From Antedon mediterranea (lineage: Eukaryota; Animalia; Echinodermata), in contig NC_092672.1 of the NCBI RefSeq assembly GCF_964355755.1, forward strand, positions 868,001 through 932,000: a DNA stretch of 64,000 nucleotides. The letters run 5' to 3'. The stretch's first letter is position 1. Each line of letters starts with the position of its first letter. A program made the translations under genes and the position numbers. Below are positions 39,739 to 51,567 of the stretch, piece by piece. Under the pieces are notes generated by a model that saw nothing but the letters and a program-made list of their open reading frames with translations, did no database searches and was not told where the DNA came from.

Positions 39739-41947
39739 AATGGACCTGAAATGGAATTTCGATTTTCAAGAAATTCACACATGTTATTTAAATGTATCGA
39801 ATTAACACAAACCCATACAAATAAAAACAAAATGTATAGTATTTTGAGTAAAAACGAAATTTTAAGATACCATGGTAAATTAGCGAAAATTACTCACGCC
39901 ATTGCAATATTCTATTTCAACGGCCGTCGGAAGCCTCTATATTCACGACGTCACATACACACGATGATATCGAGAGCGTGTATGCCGCCCGATAGTCAGT
40001 GAATGATCGACGGCCTGGGAAGATACGCGAAGCGTTGACACTAATACTAATTTATTCAATATCTAATGTTGTTGAAATATAGGTCCCTAAAATGTACTTC
40101 GTTTGTTCTAAAACCCGAATTTAGAAGGCCTACCTCCCAAACCTTTACTAGGCCTAGGCCTAGGCCCCCAATCCAGTGCGCGGAGTCGATCCACCACCCA
40201 CATCATGCGGCGAGGCTCCGTTTCATGTGCATCCAAGGCAGGCCCGTAGCCAGGGGGGGTTTTTATGGTTCAGGCGAACCCCCCCTTTACAGCGAACCCC
40301 CCTTAACCAACTGTGAACCCCCATCCCCGACATGCCCAATACCTCACCCTCATCTCCAAAAATCCTCCAAATACGTGCCCCACAGTACAAAAAATTGTTT
40401 GTAAATTGAAAAATTCGTAAACTTGTTCGTGAACCTTCTTCTCTGTATGAGCGTCAACTAGTGATACGTGTCTGTAAATTTCTAAAAGCTGCAAATGAAT
40501 TTCCGATTATTTTAACCTGAAAAATAAATGTTTGGTCCCTGCATGTAACATGATATTGACGCGTCTCATAGCGAGCTGGCGCACGAACGATTCGTACAAA
40601 GGACACCGCCAGACAACTGCGTACCTATAATTGTTTAGATCACTGGCAGTCAGGCAGCATGCATAAAGTATATAGCCTTCCGACCTACATCAGTATTTAT
40701 GTGTGACTATGAAGTATAATGTATCATAGAGGATTATAGTGAATATTAATATTTTACACTATAATATCTATGGTATCAAGTACTGACGGAGTTCACATTA
40801 TGGCATCCGATTATTTTTTTCTAGACCACCAGCCGATACGTACTAAAATGTATCAATATCACCTATTTACATATTTATATTCCTCAACAAATTGCTGTAA
40901 ATAAATATTATAGATAGAGCTAGCAAATAGCATTTGCCTTCACCCAGTGTGCTTTTTTCGGGGCTGCTCCTAGATATACGTTTGCATTGAACTTGAACGC
41001 AAAACAAAATACGGAGTAAATGATCAAACAATCGGCGGTTCCGCACAGAGCACGCGCATCTAACATACGGCAACAAATAGTTATCGTCATTTAAATTATC
41101 GACGTGTTTGAGGAGGAGGAAAAAAGTATGATCTTTTTGCTCATTGGTTATATAGCATGCTGCACGAGAGTGTCTTTTCCGGCCATCTAGGGGTGTCATT
41201 TAACAAAATTCGCTTCGCATCAGGCTGGGTGAGAGGGGGGGGGGGGGGGTTGTCCCAAATATTAAGTGTCCGAACCCCCCCTTGACAGATCCTGGCTACG
41301 GCCCTGCAAGGACCAAAGCGATATCAACAACTTGCTGCGCTCATTGTCAAGCCAAAGTAAAATATGAATAAAATTCGTTTTCGAACTGCCTGATTCGTGA
41401 CAAATAAATTATCATCTCATATTACTAATTTAATTCTGCTAAACTAAAAACTAAAGAAACTAACACATTTTAGCAGTATAAATTACAAACGATACAAAAT
41501 ACACGAACGGAAAATATGGATACGCATCATTGCGCACGGAGCTGTATCCCGGACAACGTTGCCAGGCCAACTTCAGTATTGCCAGAAAAAACCCGTTGAT
41601 TTTAAGATTTTAAATCGTCATTTACTCGATGAATAACCGTTTATACGGTAATAATTTTATCTAAAAAAATTCTAAATACGTTTCTGCAAATTCACAAGCA
41701 TTTTTTAGAAAATACTCCATAGATTTCAAGAGTTATAGCCAAAAAACTGCAAATTGTCCATTGGAGGGATAGGAATATATTCGCAAAGTGACGTCACCCG
41801 CGAATTTTTGATTTTTTATTTTCAAATGGGGCTTTCCCCAAAAGGGCCAATTTATATTTTGTAACAATATACATTCTAGCAACACTTAATAGCCCCCAAA
41901 ACATCATTCTAAAATGAAAAAAATCGAAAATCCATTTCAGGTCCATT
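39739..41947. mobile_element. 2.2-kb non-autonomous DNA transposon with TTAA TSD, Kolobok-like
   Basis: TTAA|AATGGACCTGAAATGGA...TCCATTTCAGGTCCATT|TTAA; empty site at ~25520 in the other duplicate. Purine-purine start rather than the CC of piggyBac. Confidence 0.85.
40239..41306. mobile_element. Nested 1068-bp TIR element (CAGGCCCGTAGCCAGG...CCTGGCTACGGCCCTG) with 5-bp TSD CAAGG
   Basis: 16-bp TIRs with one mismatch; CAAGG at 40234-40238 and 41307-41311; subterminal GAACCCCCC motifs; no transposase ORF. Confidence 0.85.
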
Positions 41948-44591
41948 TTAAAGATCAAGGGTGCACATTTAGTTTCATTCCATATGGTTAAATCTGTTTA
42001 CCCCATTTTAATTTTTAATACAGGGCCTTATGTAGCGGACCACATAGAGATCCCAAAAGGGTCCTTAGAGGGTTCATATTTGGGTAAGTCCTTATGGGTT
42101 ATTATAGAATTCTGTGTGTACAGGAAACTTTTTCCTGTATGGGCCAGCCTATTGTGACCAAATGTTTGACCGATTTCGATTACACAGAGCCGGTATGACC
42201 CATAGAGAACAGAAAAGATCTGATCCTATATAAGGATCCCATGTGAGATTATTCGGAAAACTTTATAGGTTTTTTCATGAAGAGAATGTACCCTTTCCCC
42301 ACCCCTACCATATAGGCTCGTTGTACAGTATTTAAAAGGTCAATACTCACAAAAGTTATTTTTCAAACATTATAATCCATTAGAGTGAATATAAGTATCT
42401 ATTATTATTATAAACAACAATGTTCGCCTAGTATCAACTATTTTTTTTATTTAGATGAGAAAAGTGGGTCAAATGTTAATACACACAAAATACATGTTCC
42501 AGTCATTTTTTGAAAACATTTTGCATTATGACATGTATAAACATATACATTGCGAACAATTTGACACCAAAACTGGCTCCCTACGACAAATATTTATTAT
42601 TTATTTATTGATTTATATTATCAAAGAGAATAAATTTATGTCAAAGGTCAATAACCATACTTCCGATCATTTTCAAGCAAGATCTTCTGTTAAACTGAAT
42701 ATAAACATATATCTTGGGAACAATTTGCACCTAGTTTTAATTTTCTCCGACCTGCCGTTACTTAGATATGACGAAGAGAGGTCAAAGGTCAAAATTGCTA
42801 AAAATGGGGGTTTCCTGTCAATTTTACATTCTGTTATAACCATATACATTGTGAACAATTTGACACCAAAATTAACTCAATATGTCTAGTAAATCCAGAG
42901 ATATAGCATGTTTGCATGAAAATAGCGGCCATTTTGTTTATGCTAATTACGCAAATTGCTCAATGCAATGCAGTCAAAAAATTCTTCATTCTGATGATAT
43001 CTAGAAGCAAAATCCATAAAAAAAAAACTATAAAAAACATTGCAAGGTTAAACCCCTTGGCTGACTGGTTCTTGGGAAACTCTCGCCTCCAACCGTACAT
43101 CCTGGCGTTCTAAATTGGTAACTAGTCACCATTTATCTGCCAATGCATATGTTGCTGAATGTGAAAGGCTTCGCAGTATCCGTCACCAACAGAGTAGCTA
43201 AAAACCTAATTGCAGATGCTGAATACAAATAGTTTAACAAATAAAAGAACCCAACAGACTCATCCGTAGCAGAGAAGTACTTAGCTTAATTAAATAATAT
43301 TTTGGACCTGGGGGTTATCGTCTGCCATGACGGGATTGGGCCATATAGTAGATATTAATTGTGTTTTATTTTTTCATATTATTTAGAGAGCATATTTATT
43401 TGAATATACATGTTACCACATTACAACCAAACAATATATGCCTTCACGAATAAACTCCTCCTATACATGGAATCCAGGGATGTGATACTACATCCCACCT
43501 ATCCGGTATAGGAAAAGGGGTGCTTACAATGGAAAAGGTGTGCTTCTGTTAAACCAAACTTCTCTTAAAAGGAAATTTGCATTGGTAGCTATATACTGTA
43601 TAAAGGGAACTATGAAGACTTTGGACAACCTAAATTATTGAAGGTTCTGTGAGAAATTAGCAAAAAGCAAAATTAATATAATAAATAAAATATATTCACC
43701 AACAACTAATGCTGCAACTATTTCCATGATACAGCAGTGGATACTCTTAATGACGTGATATGTGTCCACTGACGACGACACTACCACTGTTTGTGAAGAA
43801 TGTCACGGCATCAGCACATGCTCAATTTCTATCTATAGACAGAGGATGATAACCTGAAAATGAAAGTGAATGGATAAATAGATGGCAAGATTGTAGTTTA
43901 TTGTTGTCACAGACTACAATGTAAATGAACTAAGTTTTAGTAGAGACAGTGGTCATATGCATTATAATGCATATGACTATGTTGTCTATTATTATAACCG
44001 TTGTGATATTTTGATACTTAAATTAATATGTATATTGCAGTTGAAATGTTTGAAACTAAGAAATATAAAAGGCACTGTAAAAACAGCTATCAAGTGGTAG
44101 TGGTGTTTATTATCAGTCCGGTTGTATATTTATTATGTTACTCTGTATTTTGCTATATTATCTGTGGAAATAAATGTTATTACTATTCGCAACCAACAAA
44201 ACGGACTGAATTCTGCTTTCGGGCACGCTCTCCAGACTGACCCCATATAAAAAATCTACGATCACTGCTTGATCCTTGTCGAAAAGGAGCCCTTCTCCCC
44301 CTCCCTGCAAAATTCTAGGCTTCCGTGTTACATATTCATTCTGTATTTTGACGTGCTAGCTCATTCGTCTAATAACTCTATTACACGTGTACGTATTTTG
44401 TATGTCCTTATGCTAAAGGTTAATATGTAAAATGGAAATAGGAAGGAAATACATCTTGGTTTGTAAATTACGGTATATGAATAGAGTATCCTGATCAGGC
44501 GTTTATTGTTTGCGTAGACGTCACGTGCTCCGTATTGCAAATTCTGACTATCTGTCACTTGGTCACATTCATTTCTTGGGGTTACGTCAAT

Positions 44592-47268
44592 ATGAACTTT
44601 CTCGATTTATTTTGTGGAATAAACTTCCAAACTAGTATTATTGGAATTACAATGTTGCTGTTTCTTTTGTACATTACAAGGGATCTGCGTCGTAACCTGC
44701 TGCCAGGACCATGGGGACTTCCTGGCCTTAGTATAATTTTATTCATGGGAAGCCAACCACAAAAGACACTGACACGATATTCTAAGAAGTATGGGCCAGT
44801 GTTTTCGGATTATTTTGGAAGCAGACTGGTGGTTTTCGTCAATGATTTCAAGTCCATGAAGCAGATGTTTGTTAAATCGGGAGACACTTTCAATGATCGT
44901 TCGAAACTGCTTATCGTTGACGAAGCGTCTTACGGAAAACGTAACGTATTGACTTATATTGCTTATCTTTCTACAAAACAACATCTAAAAAGATAATGAT
45001 CACCTTTACTATTGGCCTCACATTTTCTTAGACCACCATATTTTGAAAACTCATGTATTCTACTTTGACTCAAGGCGCGAAGCATACAGTATTCCTTCTT
45101 TGACTTGTGTATTTACCCAGCCGAAACAATATAATAATCTCATCATTATGATTTACTTTTTAAGGACTAGCAAGTGGCTATTTGCATCTTCAGTTAAAAG
45201 GGAAAAGAAGGTTTACGATGAAAATATTTCGGAGTTTGGGAATAGGTAAATCAGAATTTGAAACTACTATTGTACACGAACTAGAATACCTGAAAAGTAA
45301 ACTGATAGAAGTAGCTGATACGTCAGTTGAATACGACCCTAAACATAATTATCATTGAAAACGCCGTTTCAAACATCACATGTGGAATCGTCTTTGGAAA
45401 ACGTTACAAGTACGACGATCCAAAATTCAAACGATTTCTCAGTTTAATGTAGGAAAATTTTGAATTATTATTCCAGTCTGCAGTTATGAACTTTCTACCG
45501 GTTTTCAAATATATTCCTAGGAGCGCTTGGAAAACGGTATTGACAAACCTTTATACGATTATGAATGAATTCATTAAAGTTGAATTGAAAGAGCATACAT
45601 AAACCATTGACGTCAACAATCCACGTGATGTTATCGATGAGTTTTTAAAAGCAAAATCTGAACTGGAAAAACGTTGGTGAGAATACTGATGCATTTGACG
45701 ATGAATCGGCCGAACAAGTTGTTGTTGATCTTTTTTTCGCGGGAACTGAAACAACCGCAACATCTTTAAAATGGGCAATTCTGTACTTAGCTCTCTATCC
45801 AGAGATTCAGGCGAAGGTGTATGAAGAAATAATGTCAGTATGTGGACAGACCGACCCTCCAACATATAAGGACCGACCGAAACTTGTTTACACTGAGGCA
45901 GTGATGATGGAAGTGACCCGTATCCGACCGGCCGTTGCTCCATTAGGTAAATCATCGTCTGATTATCTGCGCATCCATAGGCTATACTGTAATGTTTCTG
46001 AGTCTAGTAATATTTAAAAAAAAATAACATGACCAATTGGACAATTTATATACCTGTTATTTTCATTCATCTTTCATAAAAAATATAAAGTCTAGAAATT
46101 AATTACAGCCTAGTCTTAAATTATCGTTTTGAAATACTAGTATTTTTAATGTGTATTGACATTTTTTACATTAATGTTTCCCACAGGTGTGCCGCATGGT
46201 GTTCTGCACGATACGTACTACGAGGGGCATTTTATACCAAAAGGTACAACCGTTATGATGTAGACAGAGCTTTATACTAAATATTTGGGCAGTGATGCAT
46301 GACCAAACCACTTGGCAAGAACCAGACAAATTTAAACCAGAAAGATTTATCGATGAAAAATGTAATCTCATTAAAAGTGAGGAGTTAATTCCATTTTCTA
46401 TTGGTAGGTATTCAACATCAAGTTTATCAAAAGTAGGCCTAATGGTACATGATACATGATAAAGATGTATTATCTCCCTGTAAAATAATGTTTACAATTG
46501 TTGTTGTTGAATATACCATTTTAATGTTACGTAACTATCCACTTTGACCTAAAAATTGATCTAAACAAAACTTATTTACCTGAAAAAACTGTAATTTAAA
46601 GCAAAACAAAATTGTCAAATTGGCTGCCAGCCAATGGATTGGTTGAATTTAACCATTTATTATGTTATTTTATAAATATAAACATTATTTTTTTGTTTTT
46701 TTTTCTATGGAAGTGATTAACTTTATTAAAACTACAAAAATAACCTACAAACGTCTGATTTAATAACCTGATCTAATAATTCATTTGAGAGGACAATACA
46801 CCTTTAATAATCAAACATTCATATAGCGCCAATTAAAAAAAAATGATAAAAAAAAAAGATGTTAATCAAAAATGATGATTCATGATGATACATGACACTA
46901 ATAATGATACATGATAATAATAAAGATTTCTAATCTTTCACTAACGCACCCAAAATTACCCAAGGCGATTTTAATAGCTCCACATGACGAAGCTTACTCA
47001 ATCCAATTCCAATCTAATTTAACAGTGTATTAATTATTACTTAAATTGTATATTATTCTGTCTTTTGCATTTTTATTTCCCAATAGGTCGCCGTGCCTGT
47101 CCAGGGGAGCAATTAGCCCGCATGGAAATGTATCTGTTTTTCACACATTTAATTTATCAGTTCAAGTTTGAATTACCTCCAAACAAGCCGAAACCAACAA
47201 CAGAACCACATGTTGGATTAACGTTATCGCCCAAACCGTATCAACTGATAATCACCAACAGAAATTAA
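44592..47268 (+). pseudogene. CYP copy E pseudogene (exons 44592-44940, 45165-~45946, ~46187-46404, 47087-47268)
   Basis: 4-bp insertion at ~45345, TAG at ~45449, TAA at ~45600, extra A at ~45670, 19-bp MITE remnant in exon 3. Confidence 0.93.
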
Positions 47269-47337
47269 ATTTTAATAATTGATAATCAGCAAAATATGAT
47301 CATTTAGGTTACAGTTGAAAAATTGTTATACTTTATA

Positions 47338-49545
47338 AGTATACTATACACTATACGATATATAGTATACTGTACACTATATGATATAGTATACTATACA
47401 CTATACGATATAGTATACTATACACTATACGATATAGTATACTATACACTATACGTTATAGTATATTATACACTATACGATATAGTATACTATACACTAT
47501 ACGATATAGGTATACTATACACTATACGATATAGTATACTATACACTATACGATATAGTATACTATACACTATACGATATAGTATACTATACACTATACG
47601 ATATAGTATACTATACACTATACGATATAGTATACTATACACTATACGATATAGTATACTATACACTATACGATATAGTATACTATACACTATACGATAT
47701 AGTATACTATACACTATACGATATAGGTATACTATACACTATACGATATAGTATACTATACACTATACGATATAGTATACTATACACTATACGATATAGT
47801 ATACTATACACTATACGATATAGTATACTATACACTATACGATATAGTATACTATACACTATACGATATAGTATACTATACACTATACGATATAGTATAC
47901 TATACACTATACGATATAGTATACTATACACTATACGATATAGTATATTATATAACACCTATATAAATTCCTGTCATTTGATTGGACGAATGTGGGTCAC
48001 ATGGCGTGCAATAGTACGCACTATTCAACGATCGTTAAATAGTACTTTTTGAAACATTTTTGTGTACGAAAAAAAAAACGTCTCGCGGATGAAAAAAAAT
48101 CTAGTACACAAATTATCCTATGATATGGCTATGTACTGTGAAATACAACAGCGCCACCTGTCGTCTGGTCTCAGTTTCATTTGTAAACACCACCGCGAGA
48201 TATGCAACAGCAGCAGATATTTGTGTACGATTTGGACATTATGTACTAATTTCATTCAAAAAGGCATTTAAATTAGCTTTAGATCGTTTTTAGGATTTTG
48301 ATTAATTAATGGGGACATCCCTACAAGAAAACCATAATTAGCTTAGATAAGTTCCAATTGTCTGTCGAAGTTTTGCCTTTCAGCCAAGCTAGTACTAGGC
48401 TACTAGCTAGGTCTAGCCTAACCCATGCTAGTATTAGGCTAGGCCTAGCCTAGGCGTTTTAGCCTTGCTAGGCCTAGGATTGTTTGGTCGTTTGTTGACA
48501 TAATTAACACAAAAGTAGGTGTGTTTACGAAATCCATATAAATATAACATTTAATATAACATTATTAAAAACCAAATGTTACTGTTTTTAATCAAATGTG
48601 TGTGAATGAAATGTAGTAAGCTTTGGCTAGGGCTACCTTTTATTTGATTCAAATAACTAGAATTTATTTAGATGTTATATAAAACAAATAATGAATGTTT
48701 TGTATTCATGTAATGGTACAAATAATGGCACTTGGTGAATGATGAAAGGTTATATCAACTCGGCTTTGCCTCGTAGATATAACCTTTCATCATTCACCTC
48801 GTGCCATTATTTGTACCATTGCACTCATAAACATTCATTATTTGTATACTATACACTATACGTTATAGTATATTATACACTATACGATATAGTATACTAT
48901 ACACTATACGATATAGGTATACTATACACTATACGATATAGTATACTATACACTATACGATATAGTATACTATACACTATACGATATAGTATACTATACA
49001 CTATACGATATAGTATACTATACACTATACGATATAGTATACTATACACTATACGATATAGGTATACTATACACTATACGATATAGTATACTATACACTA
49101 TACGATATAGTATACTATACACTATACGATATAGTATACTATACACTATACGATATAGTATACTATACACTATACGATATAGTACACTATACACTATACG
49201 ATATAGTATACTATACACTATACGATATAGTATACTATACACTATACGATATAGTATACTATATACTATACGATATAGTATACTATACACTATACGATAT
49301 AGTATACTATACACTATACGATATAGTACACTATACACTATACGATATAGTATACTATACACTATACGATATAGTATACTATACACTATACGATATAGTA
49401 TACTATACACTATACGATATAGTATACTATACACTATACGATATAAGTATACTATACACTATACGATATAGTATACTATACACTATACGATATAGTATAC
49501 TATACACTATACGATATAGTATACTATACACTATACGATATAGTA
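47338..49545. repeat. 24-bp minisatellite (ATAGTATACTATACACTATACGAT)n in two blocks (~47338-47945 and ~48845-49545) split by an insertion
   Basis: Tandem units visible; source of the YSILYTIR/YSILYRIV ORFs; only about 2 units at the duplicate locus 33740-33790. Confidence 0.97.
47946..48847 (+). mobile_element. Non-autonomous Crypton-like element with a long 3' fold-back
   Basis: No TIR pair or TSD; 5' GATTGG motif; ~80-bp-arm inverted repeat at 48683-48845 centred on CTCGGCTTTGCCTCG, resembling CryptonV non-autonomous ends. Superfamily call is from memory. Confidence 0.6.
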
Positions 49546-51054
49546 TAAGTATAGTATAAGTGATAATAAAGTTACCGGTTATTATTATGTTCTATAACAT
49601 AAATGTAGTAAATTAGTTCTTTACATTTATATATTTCTCCGTCATGTGAATTTACTAGACTCAACAATAATGTACTTAATTTTCCATAGATGAAATCTAG
49701 GTCAAGAGAAATGACGACATCTATAAACAAAGTGGACATTGGTTGTCTCCATTAAAGTGTCTTTCGTTACTGATGTCGATACCAACTCTATCCCGAAATT
49801 CCCTCAATCAAAATAATACAGGTGCAAATGAATCGATGGTCGTCTCCAATGAACTGTCTTTCGTCTGCGTAAAATGGTTCGATACCAGCTAGCTCTATTC
49901 CTAATCAAAATAGGCCTAATATAGGAAGATGGAAACCATCGCATCTTTGCACGCATTTGTGATTATAGATACAAATAAAATTTTATTCAACTACTTTATT
50001 TGAACATTTTTATTTCCGTTTAATCAATTTGTATTAAAATATCAACTTTTCAATCTAGAGATCATGCTAAAGTTGTTTGCAAAATTGAGAGAGTAGACCA
50101 CCAGTGCATTAAATTTTCTAAAACATTGTTTCGCATTGTCAGTTTTAGGTAACTAGTTCTTAATATATGTTTCAATAACTTGTTAGAAGTTCGAAACAAG
50201 AGCTTGTATACTTTTTGACTATAACTATTATTGTTGTAACGCTTATTATAAAACACGTTTTTTATCACTTCTCTCCAACAAAAAATGTGAGTACTTTGAC
50301 GTTCATTTACACACGCTCAAAGTTTGCAAGTCGGATTGTTTTACACATACTGGAGTTGACTAACACTAGGGGACTTGTTGTTGCCCGAATACCATCACGT
50401 GTGTTGTTGATGACTTGATAGCTATTCGGGTAATAGTTTTATATAGGTATTATAAGTTTATATATATACTGCGTTTGTACTTCGATAACCAAAGAATAAG
50501 AGGACACGATATTGATAATTAATGTGATACCCAGACAAGCATCTTTTTTTTGTTGTAATGTCAACATATGTTCATACCCTATATGTACATACCCTCTCAT
50601 GGAGTTAAATAAACTTTTGTACTTTGTAGCTCAATATCACACCCCTTGAACATTATCATTGTTTCTCCAACTCGAGTTGATAAACCCGGATCGAGGACCC
50701 GAGTTCGGCGCCCTGGTGTGTTTTGACTTCTCTAAAATTTAACTCGGTGTTTGGATGTGATAGAGTAAAAAGGTAATAGTACGAATTGCTTTAAAACAGC
50801 ATAGCGCTCCGATTATGGGACGCAGAGTAGAACAGTTAGGTTCTATACTGCATTTCGACTTAATATTTTTTAAATATTATAATTATTAGGTATAATCTTG
50901 AGCTCGAAATACAATTTATTTGTTATTTTTAGGGATCTTACGACACAAATATTTCTACTTCTAATTTGATTCATAAATTCTTTTTCATTTCTGTTTAAAG
51001 ACTTTCTTTTTTTGAATATATGTTGAAGAATTAATATATAGATATATATATATA

Positions 51055-51363
51055 AATCGTGGTGAATTTAACGCAGACCATGAAAGCGAAAGTGCTCGAT
51101 ACAAAATGTAGAGCCAAATATAAATAAATAAATGAAAGACGCTAGTAAATTACCAACTGAACATTTTATTGCACTACAGGCTGTTTCATGAGTATGAACT
51201 CAATCTTCAGGTGCTTGGCTCTGAATGATAGTCACAAGTCATAGTCACTTGTGACTATCATTCAGAGCCAAGCACCTGAAGATTGAGTTCATACTCATGA
51301 AACAGCCTGTAGTGCAATAAAATGTTCAGTTGGTAATTTACTAGCGTCTTTCATTTATTTATT
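51055..51363. mobile_element. Penelope-like element remnant: inverted pseudo-LTR pair (117-bp perfect arms 51123-51239 and 51247-51363) inserted in a (TA)n tract upstream of CYP F
   Basis: Absent from the duplicate locus (~35290); contains a hammerhead motif, AATAAA and a T-rich tail. Confidence 0.75.
51272..51315 (+). ncRNA. Minimal type I hammerhead ribozyme (mirror copy on the - strand at 51171-51214)
   Basis: GCAC-CTGAAGA-tTGAGttcataCTCAt-GAA-ACAGcCTGT-A-GTGC: stem I GCAC/GTGC, core CUGANGA and GAAA, short stem III, GUA cleavage triplet. The first stem II pair is a U-U mismatch. Confidence 0.65.
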
Positions 51364-51567
51364 GATATATATATATATATATATCGCCAATAAATATCAT
51401 TAGTTTATGATACGAAATCAACCAATCAAATTTCACGGATACACTCAGAGAAGTGTTATATAAAACACATACGTCACATCCTCCGCATTGCTAAGTTGTT
51501 GATTGTTGACTTCATTCACTGTTATCACTTGTTACAGCATTCAGCATTTCTAGGGGTTACGTCAAAC

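Noticed and set aside
40066-41199. ORFs inside the nested transposons as possible transposases
   Set aside because: Short, low-complexity, no DDE or other recognisable motif; one crosses an element boundary
47323-49434. Tyr/Ile-rich ORFs as structural or adhesive proteins (potential peroxidase cross-linking substrates)
   Set aside because: Translations of the 24-bp minisatellite, broken by single-base indels, nearly absent at the duplicate locus, and without signal peptide or splice support
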